A DNA stretch of 64,000 bases, taken from the NCBI RefSeq assembly GCF_009914755.1, contig NC_060938.1, one strand, 5' to 3'. Under the pieces are notes generated by a model. It was not told where the DNA came from. It saw nothing but the letters and a program-made list of their open reading frames with translations, and searched no databases. Both the position numbers and the translations under genes were made by a program. The DNA comes from the human T2T-CHM13v2.0 reference genome, Homo sapiens. Shown piece after piece: positions 14,440 to 27,492 of the stretch (the first letter of the stretch is position 1; every line of letters begins with the position of its first letter).

Positions 14440-15472
14440 TACCTTGGGCTGCTGGAACCTGGAGCCACTTGGTAACTAACTACTCAGAGGAGCTGGAGCA
14501 CCATCTGAGAAGCATTGCTCTGCACCAAGGCAGTGTCTGAATGTAACACCTCTCTCTCTGGCTTACATCAAGGATCACTTCATAGAAACATTTTTCTGTT
14601 TTATCGTACCCATCTCTAAGTAAGTGATTTTGTGAGGACTGTGTGAGTTAATGCACAAACAATGCTTTGCACAGTGCCTGGCGTGTGCTAAGTAAGTTCC
14701 CCAAAATGATAGTGAGATGAATGTTGTTGTTGTTGTCATTGGGCTATTTTTTTCTCTTCTACCTCCCCAGCTTTCTTTTTTTTTTTTTTAAACCATTAAT
14801 GTTTACTGACTGCCTGGCTCTGTGTACCAGGAGCTTTCTGCATTATCAACTTATGAGGGAGGTCTTATTGTCTCAGATTTGCAGATGAAGAATCAGAGAC
14901 TCAGAGAGGGAAGATAACTTACCTGAGGTCACAAATTTTAATTGTATACCTCAGTAAGTTTCCATGTGAATATAATATGTAATCACTGTCCAGATAAAGT
15001 TGCAAGTCATTTCTAGCTCCCTGGCGAGCTCTCTCACGTCCCTCCCGGAGCTAATGCTCTTTTGAGTTCTGCCACCATAGATGACCTGCACCCATTATTG
15101 AACTTCACATAAATGGAATCATACAGTTTTGGGATCTGACGTCTTTGTCATCAATGTGGGGCTCTTCTGGAATCTATTTTGTTTCATTGGTCTATCCTTG
15201 TAATGCCACACTATGTTAATTTCTTAATCCCCAGTCCCTGGCTTTTAGGCTTTGCATGACTTGGTAGCTCTTTGGCAGTCTGAGATGATGTTATTAAATA
15301 CTTCCGCAGAAACCCCCACAGTGGGCTATGGGCCACTATGGTGCTCTAAGTACTGTCACTTACCATCAGTGGTGTTGGGAGTAGATTAGGGACAGGCCTT
15401 ACTCTGAATAAATTAATCTATCATGTCTCTTACCAACTAACATCAAAGCCACGGCCTTGAAGACTACGGAGG

Positions 15473-15475
<3 letters not shown>

Positions 15476-15510
<35 letters not shown>
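15476..15510. repeat. (GT)17 microsatellite
   Basis: Perfect dinucleotide run. Confidence 0.97.
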
Positions 15511-15514
<4 letters not shown>

Positions 15515-16134
15515 GAAAGAGTCCACAATCCTGAAAGTTTCAGATAGACTCCTGAGGTTCTAAAGTCTCCTTAGGACTGTGGTACTCAGCGAGCCAGCCC
15601 TGGAGTGACTCCCTCCTGAGGGCAGCCTGGCTGTGAGCATTCCTTGGGGAGGGAGGTACAAGGGCTAGATAGGAGTGACAGGGGCGAAAGTCTTACTCTG
15701 AATCCTAGGGTGTAGTGTGATTAGTGGCATCTTAGCTGCTATAAGCAGATGTCTATCCTGGAAGATGGCTGTAGAAGGGACCCCTCTTGAGGTGGGTGGG
15801 GATGGCTCCAGAGCCCCCAACCACTTGTTGTATCAGCCTCACTCCGCTTTGAAGAGGCCTCCTCACCCTACAGCATCCCAGTCCCACTCGGCCCAATAGA
15901 CTTGGATAGGGAAACAACAGTTTAGCAGGCAAGAGGGATAGGTTCAATCTCTGTCCTGCTGGTAGCTTGCTGTATAACCTTAGGCAAATCACATCCTCTC
16001 TCTGGTCCTCAGTATGCTTATTGAAGGTGTGGAACTAGCTAGGCTCTAACCAAGAACATTGATTCTTCAGCTTGGTGGGAGCTAAGACTTGTTCACCAAC
16101 CATCTCTTTTAGAATCACTATAGGGGAAAAAAAG

Positions 16135-16292
16135 GAATCACCAGGGGAGCTTATTTAACAATGCAGATTCCTGGGCCCTACTCCAAACTCACTAATCCAA
16201 ATCCGGGGTGGAAAGGATTGTAGAAGTTTGCAAGAATCTGCATTTCAACAGACTGTCCAGGCAGTTCAGACACTCACTGAAGTTCAGGACTC
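16135..16292. mobile_element. MER5A-like hAT-Charlie element
   Basis: gaatcacc..ggagctt..aatgcagattcctgggccc ... gaatctgcatttcaaca. Confidence 0.7.
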
Positions 16293-18220
16293 CCCATACT
16301 GAAACATGAAGCCAGGGGCTCAGGCCTTGCCAGAAGTGCCATCTGCGCTCACCCTGCTGATCTGCACCTCCAGGCCCGAGACAGCCCTGCCCAGGGGTGC
16401 CCACCTGCCAGCAAGCACGGGCCTCGGGAGCCAGCAGCCTGCAGGGGCCCTCATTTGTTTGTGTCTGTGAGCCCAGAAGCAGATATTACCAAGGGCCTGA
16501 CCTGGTGATCATATTTGCCAGTCACTTTAAGAGCTGGCGACAATGACTGTCATTGATCTCATTAAAAGTAAAGGTCGTGCAGGAGTCCTCTTTCCCGGGC
16601 TGGGTGGCGCCTCCCCAAGCCACAGAACAACTATTGATTGCTGGACCTTTATCGAAGGTTAATTGGATTTCAGTGAGTCTGTGTTTAAGATCCTGCCGAG
16701 GCTGAGGTTCAATGTAATTTGTGTGAAATTAGCCAAGAAAGAGGTGACAGAGACAGGAGTGTAGGGGCAGCAGGGACAGATGACTGGAGGTCTGGTGGGC
16801 AGACACTGCTGTCCGTGAAGATTGGGGGTAGTCCTGGGATGGGGTTTTAGAAGGGACACCAGCCTGGCTGTCCCAGAGACGTGGGATCCAGGAGGCGAGA
16901 GTGCCAGAGCTCCTCAGTGGTCATTATGTGGACTTAGGTTCAGTCCCCTGTCCTTGGGGTGGTGCTGCTGGTGTGTGGTGCAGCCTGCAGAGCCTGTCTG
17001 TTCCCAGAGCATCAGTCTCCATCTTCTGTCAGGGTCGGGTGGGGATCTAGGGGTTTAGCTGGTACTTTTAAAGTCTTTCAATTAATCTTTCTTTTTCAGA
17101 ACCCCCAAATCTCATTTTCAGAGGTGCCGGAGTCCCTCAGTTTCTGAGCCTGCTTGAGGCTCAGCAGTAATAATTATAAAGCTCTCCTGTTGCCAGCTTA
17201 GGGGTCCATGTTTTCTAGCCTGCTGAGTCACTTCTCAGTAGCTCCCTGCAGCAAACACAATTTTGCTTATCTCACTTTGCCTTCTGTTGTTGCCTCTCTA
17301 TTCTTTTCTTGTTGTGGTGGGGTCTTTGCCTTCTTTACTACTTTTAGAGTCACTTTAGTGGGGTTCGTGAAGGAGTAGAGTCCGTGGCCTGGGTTCCACC
17401 TGCCATGCTTAGCCAGAAGCCCTTGCTATGCTTCTTCTAGTAGTTCTTAATTCCATTCTGTGTCATTGCAGGAGCAGCGAAAAGGTCTCACATTTGCTTT
17501 CAGCAAATGATTTCTCGAGCAGCTACCATGTGCAAGCACTGAGTGCACTTGCTACAATAGAGGTGTGAGCAGAGTGTGGGAGAGGGTGGGGCTGGGTGAG
17601 GCTTTATAGAGGTTGGGTCCTGGGTGGGAAGAGCAGAGGGTTTCAAAGTTAGGGCCCCTGAGATTGTGTATTGGCTGGTGCCCTTGGGTAAGCAACATCC
17701 TCTGAGTGTGAGTTTTCTCATCTATGCAGTTGGAGAGATAACATCACTTACTGCATAGGGTCATTGTGTGAATTTTGCAAACTGTGAAGTTTTGTAAAAA
17801 CAATGTTACTGTTACTTATAATTCATGCGTTCATGGTTCACAGAGGCATGTCTTCCTCCATAGAATCTTCGAGAATCCTCTTTGCTCCCCTTCCTGCCCA
17901 CTTACCTCTATTTTCTGAGTATAAAGACTTGGAGTTGGGTAATAGTCATCTATTAAGCATATGGTACCCCCTTACCCCCACTGTAAAAGCCATGCTGAAG
18001 TTTCTACCTTTCCCCTTGTCACCACCTCCAGTTGAATAGGACATTTGCATTTTGGCTCAGTGTCATTTTTCCCCTGCTGGGCCTGTCTGGCTGTCTGGTA
18101 GAAGATGCCCAGACCAACATAGAGCAGCTGCGGAGGCATGAAGACCTTCTACCAAAATCACCAGAAGAAAACATCTTCTTCCATTGTCCATCCCTTCATT
18201 GCTTCTTGGACCAAATCTTT

Positions 18221-18699
18221 TTTTTTTTTTTAATACTTTAAGTTTTAGGGTACATGTGCACAACGTGCAGGTTAGTTACATATGTATACATGTGCCATGT
18301 TGGTGTGCTGCACCCATTGACTCGTTATTTAACATTAGGTATATCTCCTAATGCTATCCCTCCCCCCTCCCCCCTACCCCCAGCCTACAACAGGCCCCAG
18401 AGTGTGATGTTCCCCTTCCTGTGTTCATGTGTTCTCATTGTTCAATTCCCAACTATGAGTGATAAATTATGCTGCTATAAAGACACATGCACACGTATGT
18501 TTATTGTGGCACTATTCACAATAGCAAAGACTTGGAACCAAGCCAAATGTCCAACAATGATAGACTGGATTAAGAAAATGTGGCACATATACACCATGGA
18601 ATACTATGCAGCCATAAAAAATGATGAGTTCACGTCCTTTGTAGGGACATGGATGAAACTGGAAACCAACATTCTCAGCAAACTATCACAAGGACAAAA
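18221..18699 (-). mobile_element. L1PA (about PA4-5) insertion with 5' inversion
   Basis: Antisense 3'UTR at 18221-18462 fused to sense ORF2 end at 18463-18699; TSD GGACCAAATCTTT at 18208-18220 and 18700-18712. Confidence 0.95.
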
Positions 18700-19490
18700 G
18701 GACCAAATCTTTAAAAGAGCTCAGGGATGTTAGAGGGGTCCAGGTGTATGAGATGAGTTCCTGGAAATTTATTTCCTCCACAGCAAAGGTGTCAGGAGTG
18801 AGTAACTGTGTTGTTGTGGAGTTGGCCTTCCTGGATTCAGGTGTTGGCTCTGCTGCTTATAAGCTGTGCCACCTTGGTGAAGCTACTCACCCTTTTGAAG
18901 CCCCAGTTACCTTTTGTAAAGTGGGATACAAGAGAGTAACCCACTGGATCGTTTGATGACTGAAACAGAACGCTTGGTACGGTGCCAGGCCCAGCATATG
19001 TCCTCATCACATGTTGAATTATGCTGAATTCCACCCCTTGGAATTTTGTGGTGTCATGTGGTGCTAGTAGTACATTATGTGCCAAAAGATGGGGGGAAAC
19101 ATGTAGGGAAGAAACCCTTTCCCCATTTTTCATATTGACCCAGGTAAGGTGGAAAGATAGGAAAGTATTTCTTTGGACTGAGTTGTTGTCCAAGGCCAGA
19201 GATGCCAGATGTCTCTGCTTTTCCTCCCTTTCTCTGTGTCTTCCCATAGCCAAGGTCCCTAGGACCCCTCCCACCTGCTCTGGTATCTGGGTAACTTTAA
19301 TGAATGTCTCTGGCCAGAGACTTGAGGAGGCTCTCTGGCCAGAGAGACTCATTAAATACCCCATGCCATGCCTCTCTGTGATGTTCCTTTTCAATCCTAA
19401 CCTAGAGAAGCTTTCACTAGGTACCTAGAAGCTCCAAAATTAGAGTAACTTCCCAGTTTCCTGTGATTTTACTCAGCATCTCTTCTTTCT

Positions 19491-19747
19491 ATTTATTTAT
19501 TTATTTTAATATAGGTTTTCACTCTCACCCAGGCTGTGGTGCAGTGGCACGATCTCAGCTCACCACAGCCTGGATCTCCCCAGGCTCAGGTGATCTTCCC
19601 ACCCCAGCCTCTGGAGTAGCTGGGACTACAGGGGCACGCCACCGTGCCTAGATAATTTTTGTATTTCTTGTAGAGGTTTCACCATGTTGCCCAGGCTGGT
19701 CTCAAACTCCTGGGCTCAAGCCATCTGACTGCCTCGGCCTCACAAAG
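19491..19747 (-). mobile_element. Alu (AluJ, 5'-truncated)
   Basis: Antisense Alu; TSD CTCTTCTTTCT at 19480-19490 and 19751-19761. Confidence 0.9.
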
Positions 19748-19972
19748 CCCCTCTTCTTTCTTCCTCACTATCTCTCCCGACACCATGTGTGGTCGAAGAG
19801 GTTCCCAGCACCTTTGCGCTTACAGACTCCACCTCAGCATTTGTTAGTCCAAGATTGCTCCACCCATGGACAAGTTTGGACTCCATGCTGGGCAGCTGTT
19901 TTTAATCGAGGCTTACAAATCCCAAAGGTGGTTCCTGGGGACAGGGGTGGAGATTATGGTAAAATGCTCTAG

Positions 19973-20272
19973 GGCCAGCACTAGTGGCTCATACCTGTAA
20001 TCCCAGTGCTTTGGACAGGGCTGAAGTGGGAGGATCACTTGAGGCCAGGAGTTTGAGACCATCCCATCCTGGGCAACATAGTGAGACCCTGTCTCTACAA
20101 AAAAATAAATTAGCTGGGCATGGTGGCACATGCATGTAATCCCAGTTTTTCTGGAGGATGAGGTGGGAGGATCATTTGAACCCAGGTGTTCGAGGCTGCA
20201 GTGAGCCATGATGGTGCCACTGCACTTGAGCCTGGGCTACAGAGTGAGACCCCGTATTTTTTTTTTCAAAAA
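19973..20272 (+). mobile_element. Alu (AluJ)
   Basis: Sense dimer; flanking gctctag duplication; tail contains T10 instead of a long A run. Confidence 0.92.
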
Positions 20273-21154
20273 GCTCTAGGTCTGGTCTAGTCTTTCAAGC
20301 TGTTATGCCTCAAAAAGCCTGGGCAGAAACTGGAGGAAAGGCAGAGAGAGTTTGAATGATTAACCTCCTTATAGTTAATATCAGGCTACTCATGTGATTA
20401 TCAATATCCTGTAACACCAACCCCGTTTCCTTCAGAGATCTTGGCCTTTCTTTTAAGACACCCCCCAGGAACATGAATAGATTTTCTCTTGAGGGTGGGA
20501 ATAAATTAATCCATGTAATTATAGAATAATTAAAGTACTTTTAGCCAATTCAAGTTTTGAGAAAAGTCCAAAAATAACTCATTGATTTAAATATTATTTA
20601 CTAAATTAATTCTCTACTCAGTCTTTTTATAGATTCCTGGTTTTTTTCCCCTCCCTACTGTTAGAGAATAAAGGCATTGCATAATAACTGAAATCACTTA
20701 TCGTGAAAGGCACATTTTTTTTATGTGGAACAATTAAAAGATTTCTCATTGACTTTTTTTTCCTAAATGGCACTGTACTGTAGCTTTAGTTAACAGTGTG
20801 GTTTTGGTTAGCTGACAGTCCTGGATTTCCCACTGAGACTCTTTTTTTCAAAATGGAACATTTTGCCGGCTTCTGGGGTTGGAGTGGGGTGGTGTTCAGA
20901 TGTCTTTGGTGCAGTCTCTGTCTCCAGGAGGAGCTTCCCTGTGAGTGGAGAGGCAGTATAACGGAGCGATTGAGGCCTGTTCTCTGGAGCCAGTGCTCCT
21001 AGGTTTAGACTAACTGCCGACCAAGTGACCGAACTTTCTATTTTGTGTCCTGATTCCTTCACCTGTTTAATGCAGAGGATGGCAGTGAGTGCTGAATCTG
21101 TTAGTGTAAAGTGCCTGGCATGGTGCCTGGTATAGTGTGTTAGCCATCATTATT

Positions 21155-22074
21155 TGTCATGCTGGACCCCTGTCAACTTCAGTAGGGATGGCACCAGGTT
21201 CAAGAGGCCAAAGAAGAGACGGTGAGTGAAACATAGATTTAAACAAATGGTTTATATGGGGGAACTTACAAGACAGTTCAGTGGCAGCAGGCTGGACAGG
21301 AAAACCACCACCACTTGTAAAAAGCATGCAGTTCATATCGTATTTTCACTTAGTACCCTGTCCTCAGCAACCTTCACCTAGCAACCCATATTTCTGAAGT
21401 TAAGTCAGGTGTGTCTGCCTTAATCGTCTGCTTAAGTTATTACTGTCAGATGTGTCTATCATGCCCCATTCTAAAAAGATGGTGCATCCTGTCATTATGC
21501 AGATGCCACCGTTCACAGGGCATGGGGCAGTGTTAGGGACACAATGATCTGTTCTTAAGCAAGACACATAATGTATTATAGAAGGGAGAGAGGGTCGTGT
21601 GCCCAGTAATGGCCTTAGGTTGCTCCTCAATGCCTCTGAGTAGGAGGGGGCTGGCTTCCCTCTTCTGGGAAATTCAGTTCCTAGAAAGACTAACACAATT
21701 CTAAGAGCTGTTATCCAACACTTAGAAATAAGGCCAGGAGAGTGTGGTGTGACATTCTTGGGCATTGTTCAACCAGCTCCCTAGAGGATTTATTTTAATA
21801 TCTAGGGAAATGTACTTTTGTTTGACTTTGCTATTGACAATTAATTAAAGGCACAGAGTGGTCATACATCAACTTGAAGATCTTATCCAGTAGAGATGCA
21901 AATAATTTCTGTCTAGTATAAAAGATAACCTCAAAGGTTGTGACTTCTTTTTATGCCTCATAGAACAGTAACCTGTTTTTCAGCTAATCCAGAAACCTTA
22001 GTCTCTTATTCCTGTTTAAACGCCCATAAACACCTGCTTCCTCAAAATTCTCTTTGAACCAGCTCTACCATCTT
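21155..22074. mobile_element. ERV1 (MER4-group) remnant
   Basis: agggatggcaccaggttcaagaggccaaagaagagac ... aaaagcatgcagtt resembles recalled MER4-group sequence; the 3' extent is uncertain. Confidence 0.45.
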
Positions 22075-22089
22075 ACTTGCCCCCTTATT

Positions 22090-22248
<159 letters not shown>

Positions 22249-23614
22249 CCAATGTGTAGTCTTTTATCCCTCACCCTTCTCCCCAAGTCCCCATAGTTCA
22301 TTGTATCATTCTTATGCCTTTGCCTTTGTGTCCTCATAGATTAGCTACCACTTATAAGTGGAAACATACGATACTTGTTTTTCCAGTCCTGAGTTACTTC
22401 ACTTAGAATAATGGTCTCCAATTCCATCTACGTTGCTGCAAATGTCATTATTTCATTCCTTTTTATGGCTGAGTGGTACTCCATGGTCTATGTATACCAC
22501 ATTTTCTTTATCTACCTGTTGGTTGATGGGCATTTAGGCTGGTTCCATATTTTTGCAATTGTGAATTGTGTTGCTATAAACATGCATGTGTGTCTTTTTC
22601 ATATAATGACTTCTTTTCCTCTGGATAGACACCCAGTAGTGGATTGCTGGATCAAATGGTAGTTCTACCTTTAGTTCTTTAAGGAATCTCCACACTGTTT
22701 CCCATAGTTGTTGTACTAGTTTACATTCCCACCAGCAGTGTAAAAGTGTTCCCTTTTCACCACATCCATGCCAATATCTATTATTTTTGATTTTTTGATT
22801 ATGGCCATTCTTTCAGGAGTAAGGTGGTATTGCATTGTGGTTTTGATTTGCATTTCCCTGATCATTAGTGACGTTGAGCATTTTTTCATATGTTTGTTGG
22901 CCATTTGTATATCTTCTTTTGAGAATTGTCTATTCATGTCCTTAGCCCACTTTTTGATGGGATTGTTTGTTCTTTTCTTGCTGATTTGTTTGAGTTCCTT
23001 GTAGATTCTGGATATTAGTCTTTTGTTCGATGCATAGCTGTGAATATTTTCTCCTACTCTATGGATTCCTTCCACTCTGTGGATTGTCTGTTTACCCTGC
23101 TGATTATTTCTTTTGCTGTGCAGAAGCTTTTTAGTTTAATTAAGTCCTGTCTACTTATCTTTGTTTTTGTTGCATTTGCTTTTGGGTTCTTGGTAATGAA
23201 ATCTTTGCTTAAGCCAATGTCTAGAAGAGTTTTTCTGATGTTATCTTCTAGATTTTTTATGGTTTCAGGTCTTAGATTTAAGTCTTTGATCCATTTTCAG
23301 TTGATTTTTTATAAAGTGAGAGGTGAGGATCCAGTTTCATTCTTCTACATGTGGCTAGCCAATTATCCCAGCACCATTTGTTGAAGAGGGTGTCGTTTTC
23401 CACTTTGTTTTTGTTTGCTTTGTTGAAGATCAGTTGGCTGTAAGAATTTGGCTTTATTTCTTGGTTCTCTATTCTGTTCCATCGGTCTACGTGCTTATTT
23501 TTATACCAGTACCATGCTGTTTTGGTAACTATAGCTCTGTAGTATAGTTAGAAGTTGGGTAATGTGATGCCTCCAGATTTATTCTTTTTGCTTAGTCTTA
23601 CTTTGGCTATGTGG
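22249..23614 (-). mobile_element. L1PB-type LINE fragment (ORF2 C-terminal region plus partial 3'UTR)
   Basis: ORF 22716-23075(-) is ORF2-like ([45 protein letters not shown]); L1PB-type 3'UTR. Confidence 0.93.
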
Positions 23615-23684
23615 ACTTGCCCCCTTATTAACGAGTTAAAAAAACTTTGACACATGTTCATTCTGTATTTATTTAGTTTTACTT

Positions 23685-23983
23685 TTAATTTATGTATTTA
23701 GAGAGAAGGTCTCGCTGTATCACCCAGGCTGGAGTACAGTGGTGCCATCATAGCTCACTGCAGCCTGAAACTCCTGGGCTCAAGTGATCCTTCTGCCTTA
23801 GCCACCCAAAGTAGATAGAACCATATGCATGCTCCACCACACCTGGCTGAATTTTTAATTTTCTGTAGAGATGGGGTCTTGGTATGTTGCCCAGGCTGGT
23901 CTGAAACGCCTGTCCTCAAGCAATTATCCCTCCTGAGCCTCCCAAAGTGCTGGGATTATAGGTGTGGGCCACTGTGCCTGGCA
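23685..23983 (-). mobile_element. Alu (AluJ)
   Basis: Antisense diverged dimer. Confidence 0.9.
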
Positions 23984-24078
23984 CACATTCTATATTTATA
24001 TGAGCCGTGCTTTAAACTTTGAAAATTAGGCTTTGAGGGTGATAGTGGGTATGTATTTTTTCTAAGTTAAAAATGATA

Positions 24079-24575
<497 letters not shown>

Positions 24576-26129
24576 TTATCCCCAGATCTCCCATGCCCAG
24601 AGTGACAGAACCATGCCATTGGCAGGGACTCCCCCTCCTGTCTCTGTCTATGCTGGTGAAATCTGGTTAAAACAAACATTAGGAACAGTCCCAAATGGAA
24701 AGATAGAGTTGGAGGCAGGTGGATTGGGGGTGTTGAGATGGAGCGGGCCACTCTGGTGGCTCTTCTCATGTGGATATGAGCAGCAATTGGCAGCCCCCAC
24801 CCTTCCCAACCCCACCAGCAGCAGCTCACTCCTCAGAGGCAAGGGCTCCCAATCCTGAGCCCCCAGACCCTTAGGGGCCATCTTTCAATGTAGTAATAGG
24901 GGGCCCAGAGCGATTAGCAATATTTCAGAAAGCTTAAGGGAGATCATACATCTCCCCATGACAGGCCTGCCCAGACTAAATGAAATGTCATTTCTCTCAT
25001 TTTTTGGCTGGAATTCTGTCAGCTCAGTCTGGCTGCACTGCTTATCTTGGGCTGATCAGGAGCCCTGATTGGACCTTATATGTGTCCTTGACAAATAAAA
25101 ATGAATGATTACTTAATAAATGCAATTGGTTTGGCAGATACAGCCTTTCAAAGCATGGCTCCATGAAGCTCCAAAGAGCCTCACAGAAGAGGTTATTGGT
25201 GGCATCGAGATGGGGACTGACTTGCTGGCCCACCCAGGACCAGCCCTGGCTGGGGGCCCCCTCTCCAGGGAAGCAGACAGTGGTGGCCCTGGGGCATCTG
25301 GCATCTCAGCCTGAGTCTGAGAACTTGACCTGGGGCAAAGTCCTGCTCCTAAGGCCAACAGACACTGAGTGCAGGGATGTCTGTTTCACCCCAGGAAAAT
25401 GGCAGGAGCTGGAGGGCTGGCGTGGTAGCGGGCATAGTGTCTTACATCTCTTCACCTCTTATAAACGTACAATGAAAGCTAGTCTGCTCACCTTCCAGGG
25501 GTGTTATGAGGAATCGGGGGCGCTTATGAGAGTCACCAGGGCACAGCACCGTGGCATTCTCGTTTACCTTCCCAGTGACCCCTGAGAGTGGGACTATTAT
25601 TATTTCCATTTTACTGAAGCTGATGGCATAAGGAACTTGTTTAAGGTCACAGCGCTCAATTGAAAAGTGCAGAAGTGGGTGCAAGCCAGCGTAGAATAGC
25701 AGTTACTAGAAGGCTGCGGGGTCAGCTGGTGTGAATCTTGGCTCGACCCTTTTCTAGCCATGAGTTAGTTAAACCTTGATGAATCAGTTTCACATCTGCA
25801 AATGAGGATCATAATTGTCCCTACCTTTGGGAGGCTAATAAGGATGTCAGCTGGTTGTTACTAAAGTAGGGTCATTCTTGATGATTTAATTTGGGGCAAA
25901 TTATAATTGATTGGGATTCAGAGGAGATGAATGGGGTTAGAATAAACATCGAGGCAGGAACCACAGCATCTTAGGAAAACAGAGAGATGAGGGTCTCACG
26001 TTGAACGCAGAGTCGTAGTCACGTGTTTGCCACTGTTACAAGCAAGTGGATACATAATAGAGCCAGTCTGTGGTCCATAAATTATACCTCAACAAAGCTG
26101 TTTAATAAAGCAGAGCGAGTCCCTCCTAT

Positions 26130-26510
26130 CTTGGGAGTTTATGATAGTGGGATAGATGGTCATTAATCAAATAATCACACAAATAGTGAGCTAGTGCCCT
26201 GAAAGAAAAGGCCTTTGAGAACGTATGGCAAGGGAACCTCATTTTGCCTGGGAGGCCAGGGAGGGCTTCTTCAGAGAGGTGATGCTGATCTGGGATGGGA
26301 AGGAAGAGAGAGGGTAAGCCAGGTGAAGGGGAGATGGCAAGAATGCTCCTGGCAGCAGGAATAGCATGTGCAAAGGCCCTGAGGCCAGAAAGCACACGGA
26401 TTGCTGGGGAAGAGAAAGAGTGAATATGGCTGGAATGTCAGTGTGGTGTGAGATGAGACCAGGCAGGAGGCAGGGCCTGGTCAGGTAGGACTTTGTAGGC
26501 TGGGGGAAAG
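26130..26510. mobile_element. L2 fragment
   Basis: ggcagcaggaatagcatgtgcaaaggccctgagg and agggcttcttcagagaggtgatg L2 motifs. Confidence 0.7.
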
Positions 26511-27492
26511 AGGAGAATTTTTAAGATCCCAATCCTGTGTTCCCCACCCGTGGGCCCCAGCTCCTCTCCCCTCTGACCAGGTTAGGTTTGTTAATGACCA
26601 TGGGGTCTAGCCGAGGCCGAGAGGGTTGCCTAGGGCAGCTTGTGTCCTGGCGTGTCAGCTTTCTGGGTCGAGCATCTCTTTGTTCCCTGGAAACCTGTCA
26701 ACAGACCCTCTATGGGCCCAGGTCTGGCTTTATTCAGCAGCTGTTCCTTAGCGGGGAAGAGGCTTTTAGCTTTAATAAAAAAGGGACTAGAGATAAGAAG
26801 ACTGCCTCGTCAGGGAGAGCAGCAGTGACAGGATGATTTAAACGGCTTCTCTAGTGTCATTTCTTCTGTGCAGACATCATAAATCAGATTAGCATTGGGC
26901 TCTGGCAGGGAGGGGAGCAGGGAGAGGGGAGGGGAGCAGGGAGAGGGGAGGCGGGCCTGTGACTCTGGGTCCACCTAGCACAGGCCTGGAGCAGGTGGGG
27001 CAGCCCCAGAGGAGGCGGTGGGGTCACCTGCTCCTGATCCTCAGCCCCCTCACCCTGTTCTTTGGAGAAGGGGTGAGTGGAATGACTCCCTCAGCCCAGC
27101 TGTTCAGCCCATTCTCAGCTTTGGGGGGAAATGGAGAAGGACTGATAAAAGGGTATGGAGGAGAGAAATGGGGGACAAGTCGGGGGGCGGGTGTGGGAGG
27201 TGGAGAGTGCAGTTCTCCTACCTAATCCCATGTTCACGTCACCTCGAACTTTAAAAAATACTGGTGCCTTGTACCGCCCACATGGTTTCATGATTCTAAG
27301 GTGCAGCTAAAGTTAAGAAATCTTAAACTCAAAGAGTATGTCATCTCAAACAATCACTCCCACCACAACCGCTCCGGCCCACCGATTTTCTCTGGCCTCC
27401 CCTTAAAAGTGACCACATTGAGAGACCAGACAGAGGTCCCTCGGATAGATGTGAGTGGAGAGGAGCTCCCACCTGCCCCTCTTCTCTTTCAG

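Noticed and set aside
18837-19394. 185-aa minus-strand ORF
   Set aside because: Partly MIR-derived, no recognisable domain, no splice or promoter support.
22716-23075. L1 ORF2-like 119-aa ORF
   Set aside because: Fragment of a 5'-truncated, interrupted L1PB; not a functional gene.
27301-27492. In-frame upstream extension of the catalytic exon
   Set aside because: GTG start, non-homologous sequence, and a strong acceptor at 27492 explains the exon start.
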